A stretch of DNA of 64,000 nucleotides, taken from assembly GCA_951406725.2 (NCBI GenBank), contig OX597841.1, forward strand, positions 26,598,001 through 26,662,000, given 5' to 3'. The translations under genes and the position numbers were made by a program. The stretch comes from Octopus vulgaris (taxonomy: Eukaryota). The notes under the pieces were generated by a model that saw only the letters and a list, made by a program, of their open reading frames with translations, was not told the origin of the DNA and ran no database searches. Below, piece by piece: positions 27,451-40,369 of this stretch (position 1 is its first letter; the number at the start of each line of letters is the position of its first letter).

Positions 27451-30400
27451 TTACAGATTTATGCTTAAAATAGTGTCGTCTTTCATACTGACCATTTTTG
27501 CCACTTTTACCCACTTTTTATTAAAACATTCGTTCGACAAAGCCTTCCTCTCTATTCTCATCCTCCTTTTCAAGTGGTACTTGAAAAAGTTGACGAGAGA
27601 CTGACCAGAGAGGAAGGTGTTTGTTTGCAGTCCTTTCAAACGCGTCCACCACACACATTCTTTCGCCATAGCCATCAGCGTAACGAAAACCGTTTTCCCT
27701 TCCCGTTTAAAGGAAGGTGGTGGAACAATATTCACAATAGACTCGGCCGATAGGCGAGCCTGACCTACACGTGACAACAGCTGTTCGACGAAGGACCACA
27801 GCTCTGAAATATCTGGACACTGCACGAGTGCGTGCAGAACGGTTTCGTCGCTCTGACCGCATCTCGGGCAGGTCGGTCCGGTGATGGTTTTCGAACCGTG
27901 TCTGTAGCTCTTCTCTCGAACAGGTAGTGCGTCTCGATAGCACTGCCAAGCCAGGGATTTCTGGAAGTTATCCATAGGCCCCGGCCCGAACGTCGTCCTG
28001 AACAGGCGGGTTAGGAATTCCTCGTCGACGCCCAGGTTTGCCCCGAGTGTGTCGTCGGACCTCCCCTCCACTAGTCCTCTATAGAACGCTTTAGTCGTTT
28101 GGAAGTTGCACAAGTTTGACCCCGGTCGGCAGAGCTGCTGTAGAGCTTGGCGACACTCTCGGTGCCAATCGCCCAGTTTCGGTCTCTTTTTGATCCACGT
28201 TTGCAGTTCGGTCAGTGAGACGAGCTGCGGGAAGTCGCGCCTCACAAACGGCGCCCACACCTGTTCACCGTCGTCGATGAATTTCCAGAGATGTCGCAGT
28301 CTCAGCGCATGCCTGCGCATCATCAACCACGGCATGCCCAGTCCTCCATTCAACGGATGTTGACAGCAAATGGACTTCCTCACCATCGGAACGCCACCCT
28401 TCTACAGGAAGCGGAAGAGTATGCGTTCCAGTTTGGTGATGGTGGCGTCGGGACAAGGTACGACGGTCAGGCGGTAATCGATGACGGATGCGATGTACGC
28501 GTTCGCCACCTCCGCCCGGCCTTTTAGAGACAGCTTTCTCTCGGCCCATGTTTGGCTGAGAGCGACCACTCTACTCGTGATCTCGTCCCAGTTCTTATCC
28601 ATTTGGAGGTCCGGACTGAACCAGACCCCGAGCAATTTAACCGGTCCGTCCGTCCAGCGTCCCACTACTGAGCCGCAGTCGGACGGCATGGGCTTGCTTC
28701 TCCAGGTGCCGAGTAGCAAACCCACTGACTTTTCCGGGTTAATCTTTGCTCCCGTCACCGTTTCATATTTTCTTAGTGTCTCGCCGACCAGCTCGATGTG
28801 CTGGTAGCTCGACACTATGACGGTGACATCGTCCGCATATGCCGACACGCTCGTCCCGCAACCCAGTTCCCGTGGGATGCCCCTCAGTGTCGCCAGCTTC
28901 CGCAGTAGCGGCTCGAGAGTCAATACATACAGAAGCGCCGACAGGGGACACCCCTGACGGACCGAACGCGTGATGTCAAACGGTTTAGACAGGTGACCGT
29001 TTACCCGAATCACCGATCGGATGCCGCTATACAAGGCAGCGATCCAACCGCGGAAGACGGGACCGAAGCCAGCCGCCCTGGGGACGGCCGCCAAGTACCG
29101 ATGGTCGACCCTATCGAAGGCTTTAGACTGATCCAAATTTATCAGCGCCCCACCCATGCCAGGATCCTTAACTACCCTGTCCACAATGTAGCGCATCAGA
29201 TGGAGGTTGTCATGTATGGTTCTGCCCGGCACGGCGCATGTTTGCGCCCTGTCGACCAGTTTACCAATGACAAGCGCCAACCTCTCGGCTATTACTTTGG
29301 CCAAAATTTTCAAATTGCGTTGAGCAGAGTGATGGGCCTGAAATTATCTATAAAATTCCCCTTGTTTGAGTCTTTCTTCAGCAACGTCACTGCACCTCGG
29401 CTCACGAAACCGGGGATTCTCCCGTTTTGTTGCCAGTTGCAGTAGACTGATGCCAAGAGTTCGCCAAACAAGTCTGGCATTCGACAATACAGCTCGTAGG
29501 GTAAACCATCCAATCCAGGCGACTTATCCCTCGCGCAGCCCGCCATCGCATCCCACACGTCAGCGGCTGTGATGGGACTTTCACAACACTCCGCCTCTCT
29601 TGCCGAGAGCCGCGGCAGGTCGGTCAGGTAGGCACTGAAATCCATCCCTCGTTCCGACCCACCACTCGCACCAAACAGTCGAGCAAAGTGCTGTTGAAAG
29701 GCCTCACACATCCTTTCGGGTTCGAGTAAACTGCATCCCTGTTGATCTATTAGAGACCGAATGGTTGATCTGTTGCCACGCTGCGCCTCCGCTACCCGGG
29801 CCTCTCGCGCAGCTTCAATCCCTTCGTTCCTTAAGGCACGCATTTTAGCTCTGACGACGCAACCTTCGTGCTTGGCGTTGAGGTGTTGGTCGAGGGCCAT
29901 CCTCGCAGCTAGCACGTTGGTTGCGCTGCCAGTGGTAAGTGCCTCTTCTAGGTTCTTAACTAAGTCTCCCTCTACTCTATTTCGTTCTATCGCTAATTCC
30001 TTGCTAAACCTAATTGATTCCGACTTTATTGCCATTTTCAGGGCGTACCACCAGCGGTTGTTAACGACCGCTCCCGTCAGCGCCCTCTTAATTAACTCGC
30101 TAATCCGGTTCCTGTAAACCTGTCGCGCTAACAGCGACGTGTTCAGTTTCCAGTAACCGGGACCCTGCCTATGTGTTTTATCTAAGTCGAGCGTACACGT
30201 AACAAATTTGTGATCTGTGTAGCTGACTATTTTAAATTGTGGACATCCTACACTATCCCTATCCGCTGTCCTGCATAGAATTCTATCTAGATAAGATCTC
30301 GACGATCCGACGCGGTTTGTCCAAGTCCACGTTGGCACGTTCGGATGGTCGAGTCGGAACCTGTCAGACAAATGGAAACGTCTGAGCAGGTCTTTGAGGC

Positions 30401-30890
30401 TCTTACACCCCCTTCTATTCCTATCCCTTCCCACATAATCTAGATGCGTGTCCAAGGTAGCGTTCCAATCCCCTACTAACAGTAAAGGTCTAGACGTACC
30501 CAGGAAAACCTCTAGACGTCTGAAGAAATCCGCCCGACCCGTTAAGGACGGTGCATAAACTGCCATCAGACGGAATGCACACCTATTTCTGCCATCCACG
30601 TCCAAGACAACCAGCCTACCCTCCGGGTCTAGGAATATTGCTCTTACTTTTACCTTTAGACTCTTTCGAAAAAGCACCGCAGTACCTCCACCACCCATGT
30701 TCGGCAGACAGGGAGAAAAATAAATGTCAAATTGATTGCCAAACATGGACTCGAGGGCCCGCGGCTTACTGAGTCTGGTTTCGCTGATAGCTACTATATC
30801 CACGTCCAGTGACTTGATGTCGTTTAGAAGGTAACCTTGCTTCCAAGCCGACGCCAAGCCACGCGCATTCACACAACCTAATTTAAGCAT
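27451..30890 (-). pseudogene. LINE ORF2 (APE endonuclease, reverse transcriptase, C-terminal CCHC finger), ~1150 aa when repaired; one frameshift and one premature stop
   Basis: APE motifs NARGL, ISETR, VGDWN, SYLDR, YTDH; RT motifs KSPGLDG, FRPITLLN, DQSKAFDRV, VRQGCPLS, AYADD; C-terminal CPRCGQSDETVLHALVQC. A 1-bp deletion at ~29315 (AAC GCA -AT TTG AAA, expected N-A-D-L-K) and an in-frame TAG at 28402-28404 (FRFL*KGGVPMV) join the three track ORFs. Confidence 0.95.
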
Positions 30891-30956
30891 ACTTGACAAT
30901 TACGAAAATTGTGTTTTACACACTATATTAGAAGAGACAAGAGGCAAGAAGTGAGG

Positions 30957-32846
30957 TCACTTACTCATTTTAAAAGTTTCATTTTTTTCTTCTTCTTTTG
31001 TATCGTTTTTGATGAGGTGTTTGTATAGTTTTTTCGACAGGTATCGTTGATACCCGCCTACCGCATTCGGAAATAATGTTTTCAGTATGTGGTGTTGTGC
31101 TTGTGTTATGTGTAAAATTCTGATGTGTTTCGGTGGTGTGGTGTGCGGATGATTGTTTGTCTTAAAATCATCTTCACAGACGACCATGTTAGATTTGATG
31201 TAGTCCATTAATTCTTTATTGTCTGTGTCTATTGCAGTTAGTTGTGTGTGTGGTTTTACAGGTTCATTACTTTTTTGATTGTCTAGGGGAATGTTGTCCT
31301 GAGTGAGATATCTCCCTGCTTTAATTCCTTGTTTGGTGGATTTTTTGGATCTTTTTCTTTTACCCCCTGTGGCTATTTGCCATTCCGTCGAACTTTCGTC
31401 GTCCGAGGTATCAGTATGGGGTAGAGGAAAAAGAACAGGATCACTATGTATGCTTGTATAAATTGTTGATGTTTTGTGCGGTGTTTGTGTTGTTGTGGTG
31501 TTAGGGGTAGCATTTGTCTTCTCGTCAGTGTTTTCTGTCTTTTTAATTGTCGTCCTGGGTGTGGGTGTGGGTCGATTTTTTGAAGATTCAACAAGTTTAA
31601 TTGGTTGTGACGTCAACGGTGATTGTGTTGGTACTGTTTTTCTTGGTGATGTTGTTGGGGTTTGTTGTTTTTCTTGGCGTTGTTCCATAATTGAGTGTGT
31701 TGGTGTTGGTGTTGGCAACAAAGGGATTTTATTTGTTTTCTGAATTGTTCTTTCTTGTTTTTTCTGTACCAGATCGCACTTGGCAATCAAATGTTCGGGG
31801 CTGCCACATTTGTAGCATCTAGGCTTTTTGCCTTCTGCCATAACATATAGGCATTGCCCATTCTCCAAGTATATCTTGTCGGGTAGGCTCTCGATAGAGG
31901 CCCCCTCAATCTGGATGGTCACAACTACTGTTTTTCCACCCCAATTGTCGTTTAGGTACACGGCTGTTTCTAGAATATTGATCTTTTTCAAGTGGTAACA
32001 GATTGCCCCTGTTATCCATTTGTTCGGCATATCGGGGGGTACATTTCTGATAGTAATTCTACTCACCCTCTGGTTTTTATAATAAGGGACCATGATGATT
32101 TCATCATTTCCCAGAGACTCAGTAGAGTGAGCTTTTGCCACTTCCTGGTTAGGGAAGCGGACCACTACTGTGTTAAACTGTGGACCCCAGTTTATATACT
32201 CTTTTTCTTTCATTATATTTTTTAAACATTTCTCCACATCAGTTTTTGTAATCTGTTCATTTGGTTTTTTGTTTTTTCTAATAATTTTATATACAATTGT
32301 CTTATTTTCTATTTCTTGTTTTATATGTTGAGGTGTATGCAGGACTAAATCTTGTCCACGGGTTGTAAAGAGAGCTCTTGTTTCTATGAGCTCTTCATTT
32401 GTGAATGTAACAATCTCCTTTTTCTGGCGAAGAATATCTGCGAAATTTACTGTTGTTGACTTTTTTGTATTAGCATCTTCACTATTAGATAGTTCATTTT
32501 TATTGTTGTTCTTGTTGTTGCTGTTGTTTTTGTCAATAGTTTTCGTTTCAGTTTTATTTTTATCATTTATGTTGGTCGTGGTAGTGGTGGTGGTGGTGGT
32601 GGAGGTGGTGGTGGTAGCAGTTGTTGTCTCGTGGTTGCTGTTGTTAGTGGTGGTGGTGGCGGTGGTGGCGGTGGTGGCGGTGGTGACAGGGCTGTTAACG
32701 CACGTGGTTGCAGCGTTCCTTTCACCGAATTTCACGTTGGCATTTTCCGTGCGAACGTTCTTTTTTTTCTCTGTCGTTTCCAGACTAGGAAAATGTTGTT
32801 CCAAAAAAGAACGCGACCAGCATTCAACAATAAAATTTCTAGACAT
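30957..32846 (-). CDS. LINE ORF1 protein (629 aa), gag-like nucleic-acid-binding protein with a CCHC zinc knuckle
   Basis: Uninterrupted ORF from ATG 32846; motif CYKCGSPEHLIAKC (CX2CX4HX4C); basic KRKRSKK stretch; located upstream of ORF2. Confidence 0.92.
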   Translation of the reverse strand: MSRNFIVECWSRSFLEQHFPSLETTEKKKNVRTENANVKFGERNAATTCVNSPVTTATTATTATTTTNNSNHETTTATTTTSTTTTTTTTTNINDKNKTETKTIDKNNSNNKNNNKNELSNSEDANTKKSTTVNFADILRQKKEIVTFTNEELIETRALFTTRGQDLVLHTPQHIKQEIENKTIVYKIIRKNKKPNEQITKTDVEKCLKNIMKEKEYINWGPQFNTVVVRFPNQEVAKAHSTESLGNDEIIMVPYYKNQRVSRITIRNVPPDMPNKWITGAICYHLKKINILETAVYLNDNWGGKTVVVTIQIEGASIESLPDKIYLENGQCLYVMAEGKKPRCYKCGSPEHLIAKCDLVQKKQERTIQKTNKIPLLPTPTPTHSIMEQRQEKQQTPTTSPRKTVPTQSPLTSQPIKLVESSKNRPTPTPRTTIKKTENTDEKTNATPNTTTTQTPHKTSTIYTSIHSDPVLFPLPHTDTSDDESSTEWQIATGGKRKRSKKSTKQGIKAGRYLTQDNIPLDNQKSNEPVKPHTQLTAIDTDNKELMDYIKSNMVVCEDDFKTNNHPHTTPPKHIRILHITQAQHHILKTLFPNAVGGYQRYLSKKLYKHLIKNDTKEEEKNETFKMSK

Positions 32847-33046
32847 TTTCTAATGTCGAGAAGAAAATAACAGAAATGAAATGGGGTCGAAACTGCCCCT
32901 AGGGGCGAATTCCTCCCTTGGAATGGCACTCAAATGAAAGTTGGTTGCCTTACACACCTTATTTGCAAAAATCTACACAAAAATTGGCCTATAAATAGTC
33001 AAAATAAATGATTACCTTCGGAGCTGAAACGACATCACATCCGTCA

Positions 33047-33111
<65 letters not shown>

Positions 33112-33176
33112 CAGCCAGCCATACATACATACATACATACATACATACATACATACATACATACATACATAAATGG

Positions 33177-33385
33177 GGCGGCGAGCTGGCAGAAACGTTA
33201 GCACGCCGGGCGAAATGCATAGCCGTATTTCGTCTGTCGTTACGTTCTGAGTTCAAATTCCGCCGAGGTCGACTTTGCCTTTCATCCTTTCGGGGTCGAT
33301 AAATAAAGTACCAGTTTCCCACTGGAGTCGATGTAATCGACTTAATTCCTTTGTCTGTCCTTGTTTGTCCCTTCTATGTTTTATT
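33177..33385 (+). mobile_element. SINE A
   Basis: GGCGGCGAGCTGGCAGAAACGTTAGCACG head, GAGTTCAAATTCC B-box-like motif, conserved core. Confidence 0.9.
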
Positions 33386-34878
33386 GAGGGGAAGCCAGGC
33401 TGCTATTTCTAAGTTATCTGTGTGCAGTTTAGATGGCTCTGCCTGTGTCTCGTCTTTGCGGTCAAGTCAGAGGTGGCAAGAACCACAGTCGTTTGATGTT
33501 TCTCTCTGTCCATTGTCCGTCTTGACGAAACTGTTATTGCTTGTTGTCTACGATGCTACCATTGCTGACAACGATGGCGACGATCACAATAATAACGGCG
33601 ACGATAATAATGATGATGATGATGATGACGATGGTGATGATGTGTTTGTTGGTGGTGGTGGTGGTGGCGGTGGTGCTGTAGACGGCGTGGTATTTGTGCG
33701 GGGGTCAGCAGCGCCGTGTACGAAAGAGCGTGCGCAAAAGATCCAGGCCAATCGTGTAGACACGCATAACAGACCACACCTGAATAAGACCAAGCAGTCT
33801 GGTTGGCTCAATAAGCGGCTGTCCACTCGGACCGTGGGCAGTCTCGTTTTCGTCTTTAGATGATGGCGGATGTAATTATCGCCCCCTACTGACCAAAATA
33901 CTCGTTCATAATTGTAGGAAGTGTTGGCTGCTGACGCTGCTGCTGCTGCTGCTGCTGCTGTTGTTGTTGTTGTTGTTGGTGGTGGTGGTGTGGTGGTGGT
34001 GGTGCTGGTGGAGAATGGTTGTGGTATACATGATGATTATAGTGTTGTTGGTGGTGGTGGTGGTGGTAGTGGTGTTTATGGCATAGGTGTGGATTTGGTG
34101 GAGAGTGGTGCTTATATAAATGGTGTGTGTGGGTGGTGGTGCTGGTGGTAGTGGTGGTGCTGGTAGTGGTGGTGGTGTTGTTATTGATGGAGAGTGGTGC
34201 TTATATAAATGGTGTGTGTGGGTGGTAGTAGTGGTGGTGGTGTTGTTATCGATGGTTCTGGCAGTGGTGGTAATGGTGATGATGGTTGTGAAGGTGATGG
34301 TTGTGATCGTAGTAGCAGTGGTGGTATTTGTGTTGGTAGTGGAGGAGTTGGTAGTAGTTGTGGTTGTGGGGGCAGTGTTCATGGTAATGTTGGTAATGGT
34401 CGTGGCGGTTGCCGTGTTAGTGGTAATGGTGATGGTGGTGGTAGTTCTAGTGGTAGTGGTGGTAGTAGTGAAAGCGGCGTTGATGGTAGTAGTGTCGGTG
34501 GCAGTGGCGTTGATAGTTGTTGCTGTTGTGGTGGTAGTTTTCCTGCTAGTGTTGGTAATTGTCGTAGTGGTGCTGGTGGTAGTAGTGGTTGTGATGGGAC
34601 GATTTTGATGCTGGTGATAGTGGTAGAGCAGGTGGTAGTGGTCATAGTGGCGGCTGTGACGGTGGTGGGGGTAGTAGTAGTAATAGTGGTGATTGTGGTG
34701 TTGGTGACGGTATTGGTAGTAGTAGAGGCGACGACAGTACATGTGGTAATGGTTGGGGTGATGGGGGGTGTTTTACGGTTGTGTTGGTGTTAGTATGAGC
34801 CAATGAGTGAGACCTCTGTACGGCAGCTTTGTAGAAATAGCAGCCAAACTACACTCTACTGTGTTATGTACATATGTG

Positions 34879-34938
<60 letters not shown>

Positions 34939-34965
34939 GTGTGTGTGTGTCTGTGTGTGTGTATA

Positions 34966-35430
34966 GGCGCAGGCGTGGCAGTGTAGTAAGAAGCTTGCTT
35001 CCCAACCATATGGTTTCGGGTTCAGTCCCACGGCGTGGGCACATTAGGCAAGTGTCTTCTACTGTAGCCTCGGGCTGACCAAAAGCGTATGAGCGGATTT
35101 GGTAGGCGGAAACTGAAGGAATCCCGCCGTATATGTATTTATCAGTGTGTGTCTTTGTGTCTGTGTTTGTCCCTCCACAAGCTGGCAGAATCGTTAGCAC
35201 GCTGGACTAAAATGTTTAACAGCATTTCGCCGTTCGCTACGTTACTACGCCGGACAAAATACTTAGGCGGCATTTCGTCCGACTTTGCGTTCTGAGTTCA
35301 AATTCCACCGAAGTTGACTTTGCCTATCATCCTTACGGGGTCGATTAAATAAGTAACAGTTGCGAACTGGGGTTGATGTAATTGACTTACCCCTACCCTA
35401 AATTTCACCCCTTGTGTCTATAGTAGAGAG
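34966..35430 (+). mobile_element. SINE B 5' part followed by a SINE A
   Basis: Diverged heads and cores of both families in tandem. Confidence 0.8.
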
Positions 35431-36346
35431 GATTTTTATTATTATTATTACTTGTTTCAACTAATCGGCTTTAACATCTGCCGCCCCACTTATAACTTCC
35501 ACCCTTATTGTACCCCCAAATTTGAAACAATATTAAAGATGGCGATGTTAGTAGTTGTAATGTTTGGGTTGCGATATAGTGAATTGTAATTACATCGCTG
35601 CGTGGAACGGGGACGGTATAGTACTGGACGGCAGGGAACCAAATGCCGTTGTCCATTGGAGACGGAGTGAAGCGGTCGTGTGGTGGTGAAGGGGAGGCGA
35701 GTGCAGCAGCGTTGGTGATGGTGGTGGTGGTGGTGGTGATGGTGGCGGCGGCAGCGGCGTCGGCGAAATTGGTGGTGGTGATTATGTCCGTTTTACAGAG
35801 CCTGGTCTTGGTTCCATTTCGGAATTTCGTTCTCGCTGTGAAACTGGTTTCACGTGTAGTTGGTATTCATCATTATGTTCATAGTCGTATTGTTGTCGAT
35901 TTGGTTTGCTACCGCCGCTACTACTGCTGAAGTTGTTATCATTGTTGTTGCTGTTGTTGCTGTTATCGGTCTGACCATTTGTCTGTCATTTCTTTCCTTC
36001 ATTCTCTCCCGATATCCTTGTGTGTGTGTGTGTGTATATGTGCATATGTATAGGTCTGCATATGGGCATACCACAAATACATATGAATAAAAGTATACAT
36101 ATGTATTTAATTATCCTACATATAAAATCTACACATATCGTGTCTCATAGCATCATGGCTCGTAGCATCATGCAGAGCGAAGTACGAATTGATATGCGTA
36201 CATGCATCAACACCTACATACATACATGCATCGTGCCTATATATATATGTCTCTCTCTATATATATGTCTACACAAATATATATATATATGTAAACATAT
36301 AAATATATATATATGTAAACATATATAGAGAGACATATATATATAA

Positions 36347-36377
<31 letters not shown>

Positions 36378-36652
36378 GCATGCACACACACACACAAGCG
36401 CGCACGCCACAAGACGTATCCGTACACTGATTTCTTCATATCTATATTCTTCCCTTGTCTGCCATCTCCACACACCCTAATCGCCGGCCTGTTAAAAGGT
36501 TGATGAATTCTTAGGAGGAAACCCCTTAGATAGCAGCCATATTATGCCCTTATATGTATATGGGCATACATATATATACGTATATGTATGCCGTGTGTGT
36601 GTGTCTGTGTGTGTAAAACGCGCGCACAAATGCACACATGTATGTGAATATA

Positions 36653-36730
<78 letters not shown>

Positions 36731-36792
36731 TTCTTTTATTTTTATTTATTTATCTAGTTTCAGCTCACAAGCTGTGGCCATGCTAGGGCACG

Positions 36793-36833
<41 letters not shown>

Positions 36834-36900
36834 GTCTTTGTGCACACATATTCTCCATGTGAACTTAGGCTGTGTTCTTATGTATCTATGCATCTATCTG

Positions 36901-36979
<79 letters not shown>

Positions 36980-36980
36980 C

Positions 36981-37029
<49 letters not shown>

Positions 37030-37036
<7 letters not shown>

Positions 37037-37194
37037 CATTTGTTGAAGAAAAAAGATACCCTTCCGTCCACCCCTAACCCTAACTAACCCTAAAAGAGAT
37101 TGAAATGCAATAGATCGATTCTAGGGTCATAATTATGGGTGACAATTTCATATGACACCGCTAGAAAAAGCTGCCGTTCAAACGGAAAAGATCC
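37030..37194 (-). mobile_element. One end of the Merlin-like MITE family seen at 61953
   Basis: GGTCATAATTATGGGTGACAATTTCATATGACACCGCTA...CTGCCGTTCAAACGGAAAAGATCC is the reverse complement of the left ~150 bp of the 61953 element. Confidence 0.88.
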
Positions 37195-37592
37195 GCGAGA
37201 AATGTTGGTACTTTTTAGTATTAAAGAATGTATTTTATTTCCGGTAAATATACTGAAAAATAGCTTCACTGCGCAGTTTCATTAACCGGAAGTGCTCTCG
37301 TCAAATTTGAATATCCCTCTCTGAAACGTATCATTCTGGTTTGAGCATACGTCGTTGCTGCAACGACAGGGTCGTCACACGTTTCATATATTGATACTTT
37401 CTGTGAAAAGAAATTTCCAAATTGCTCATGTGCATGTATGTATAAGTGTTAGAACATGTCCATATATACACCGGCTGGCATACGCTATTCTTATTCGTAC
37501 GCAAACCTCGACCCTGATTTGCTGTTCTTATTAAAATACCTTGATTCGAATGAATGCTACAAGTAAGCGATAATTATATATATTTAGAAATA

Positions 37593-37953
37593 GGTGCAGG
37601 AGTGGCTGTGTGGTAAGTAGCTCGCTTACCAACCACATGGTTCCAGGTTCAGTCCCACTGCGTGGCATCTTGGGCAAGTGTCTTCTGCTATAGCCTCGGG
37701 CCGACCAATGTCTTGTGAGTGGATTTGGCAGACGGAAACTGAAAGAAGCCTGTCGTATATATGTGTGTATATATATATATGTATATGTGTATGTGTGTGT
37801 GTGTCTGTGTTTGTCCCCCTAGCGTTGCTTGACAACCGATGCTGGTGTGTTTACGTCCCCGTCACTTAGCGGTTCGGCAAAAGAGACCAATAGAATAAGT
37901 ACTGGGCTTACAAAGAATAAGTCCCGGGGTCGATTTGCTCGACTAAAGGCGGC
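37593..37953 (+). mobile_element. SINE B
   Basis: Complete head and body; tail truncated after CTAAAGGCGG. Confidence 0.9.
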
Positions 37954-38942
37954 TTCTACAAACAACCCTGCCCGGACTTGTGCCTGTGAGGGTAACTTTC
38001 TAGGTCTAATCCTATTACCCTACGTACATATAATGTTGTGGAGAGGATAGTCTGGTGTCACACACAGACTTTTCTACCCTAAGCACAAGGCCAGAAAGAT
38101 GAAAGGCAGAGTCGACCTCGGTGGAGTTTGATCTCAGAACGTAAAGACAGACGAAATACCGCTAAGCATTTCGCCCAGCGTGCTACCGTTTCTACCAGCT
38201 CGTCGCTTGGTAGAAGGCCAGCAGTTTTGGGGAACAGGCCAAGTCGACTAAATCCACTCCAGTACTCAACTGGTACTTGCTTTATCGACCTCGAATGAAC
38301 TAAAGACAAAAATAGCCTCTACAGTTCTTCAACTCGGAACTTAAGGCATCGAAACGAATATTGTCAGTCTTTTTCACGTTGCTTCGACGATTGTTAGCTT
38401 TCATTTACTAATATTAAAATGTAAATGTTTACATAGAATATCATGTACTACCACGTTTTAAAATTTCAAACATGCAGACGACAGATTTAAAACGGGAGGA
38501 AAGCAGAAAAATTATAACAATTATGAAATAATTTAAGTAATTTGTCTATGAATTGTGAATTATAAGATGTATACAAATATATAAGTACAGAAGAATAATT
38601 TAAATTAAAAAAATATCTAGAGTTTTATGCGATATCATTACCATATATAGGCATATAGACGCGCAGACGACCGTTGCAAATACGTTGAAGTATGTGAAAA
38701 ATTGTGACAATTATAGGGTAATTAATTATTAAGAATGTAAATGTTCATATACAGTGTCACCCGACAACGTATTTTAAAACTTCAAACAAGCAGACGACAA
38801 TTTTAAAACGAGGAAATTCGAGAAAAAATTGTTACAATTATGTAATAATTTTAGAAATATTTGTATGAATAATTATTTATAAGATATTTTCTTAGAAATG
38901 AGTGTCGGACAATATGTTTTACAGTTTTATACGACGTTATAC

Positions 38943-39309
38943 GACGCAGGAGTGGCTGTGTGGTAAGTAGCTTGCTAATCAACCACATGGTTCCGGGTTC
39001 AGTCCCACTGCGTGGCATCTTGGGCAAGTGTCTTCTGCTATAGCCTCGGGCCGACCAATGCCTTGTGAGTGGATTTGGTAGACGGAAACTGAAAGAAGCC
39101 CGTCGTATATATGTATATATATATATATATATGTGTGTGTATGTGTTTGTGTCTGTGTTTGTCCCCCTAGCATTGCTTGACAACCGATGCTGGTGTGTTT
39201 ACGTCCCCGTCACTTAGCGGTTCGGCAAAAGAGACCGATAGAATAAGTACTGGCGGTGCTCCAGCATGGCCGCAGTCAAATGACTGAAACAAGTAAAAGA
39301 GTAAAAGAG
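38943..39309 (+). mobile_element. SINE B with an internal deletion near the 3' end
   Basis: Head, core and CAGTCAAATGACTGAAACAAGTAAAAGA tail present. Confidence 0.9.
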
Positions 39310-40369
39310 AGAGAGAGTTATTGCCCAGTATTGTGATTTTAATCAAAGCAGACGACAGTTTTAAAATAGTTGAAATACGAGAAAATTTGTAACAATCATA
39401 TAATGTCTTTTTTTTTTTCTCTTTCTTGTTTGTCATCTGAATACGGCCAAGCTAGGGTACCGCCTCGAAGGGTTGGTCAAACAAATCGACCCCAGGATTT
39501 GACAAACGTTGTTGGTTTGTTTACGTCCCCGGAAACTAGCGCTTCGATAAAAGGACCGATAAAATATGTACGAGGTTTTTAAAAAACAAAATGACTGGGG
39601 TCGATTAAAAATTCTTCAAGGCAATGCCCCAGCACGGCCGCAGTCTATTGATTGAAACATTTCAAATCATAAAAGATAATTATTTCTAAGTTGCATACAT
39701 GGCCATGACTACAGAAAGAGAATTTGTAGGCGTAGGAGTGGCTGAGTGGTAAGTAGCTTGCTTACCAACCACATGGTTCCGGGTTCATTCCCACTGCGTG
39801 GCACCTTGGGCAAGTGACTACGGCCAAGCTAGGGTACCGCCTCGAAGGGTTGGTCAAACAAATCGACCCCAGGATTTGACCGCTACATGATAGCAAGGCC
39901 TGGTAGAAATAGCAACCAAATCTTTCTCAAATCAAGTCCTACTATCACATATACTGTCATATACCCGAGCCTTCTCGTTATCTCTTTCAAGCGCCGGACC
40001 CCAAATCTCGTCCTAGCCCTTGTTATCACTCGCGAGATCTTTCGCTACCGCCAGCCATTTTCTGTTTATATATTAACGCGGACTGAGAAATCAAGTTTAG
40101 ACTTCCATCCGACCTCCGAGACTTAGTTTATATTTCAATGAACCCTGTATCCCACTGATCCAAACAAGTGTATCACCCTTGTTTTAACGGGATCCTTTTT
40201 ACTGCAAATATAATGGCTAAACTCTCTCTGATCTAAGAACATCTTAGTCTCTTCTTAACGACGTTCTCGTATATCATAATGATGGTCTGTGTGGGTGAAA
40301 GGGTCATAGCAGCTTGTTTCCTCTTCTGACTAAGTAAAACAAGCAAAGAAACAAACAAAAAGAACAGCA

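Larger units (their letters stand above)
27158..33046 (-). mobile_element. Full-length L1/Tx1-clade non-LTR retrotransposon inserted in a (GATA)n microsatellite
   Basis: ~200-nt 5' UTR, ORF1, 66-nt spacer, ORF2 and ~290-nt 3' UTR ending in a stem-loop plus AATAAA (27162-27167, minus). (AGAT)n lies at ~26974-27157 and 33047-33110. Confidence 0.95.

Noticed and set aside
29305-29320. Programmed frameshift between the APE and RT segments
   Set aside because: The break falls inside the conserved RPITLLNxDxKIL motif, has no slippery heptamer, and is fixed by restoring one G; a mutation or sequencing error is simpler.
33351-34793. Long Thr-, Val- and Gly-rich ORFs resembling mucins or glycine-rich proteins
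   Set aside because: Degenerate (GGT/GTA/GAT)n microsatellite mosaic open in several frames on both strands.
37071-37095. Telomere-like CCCTAACCCTAA (also TTAGGGTTAGGG at ~62053)
   Set aside because: Only 2-3 units, and an internal part of the Merlin-like MITE.
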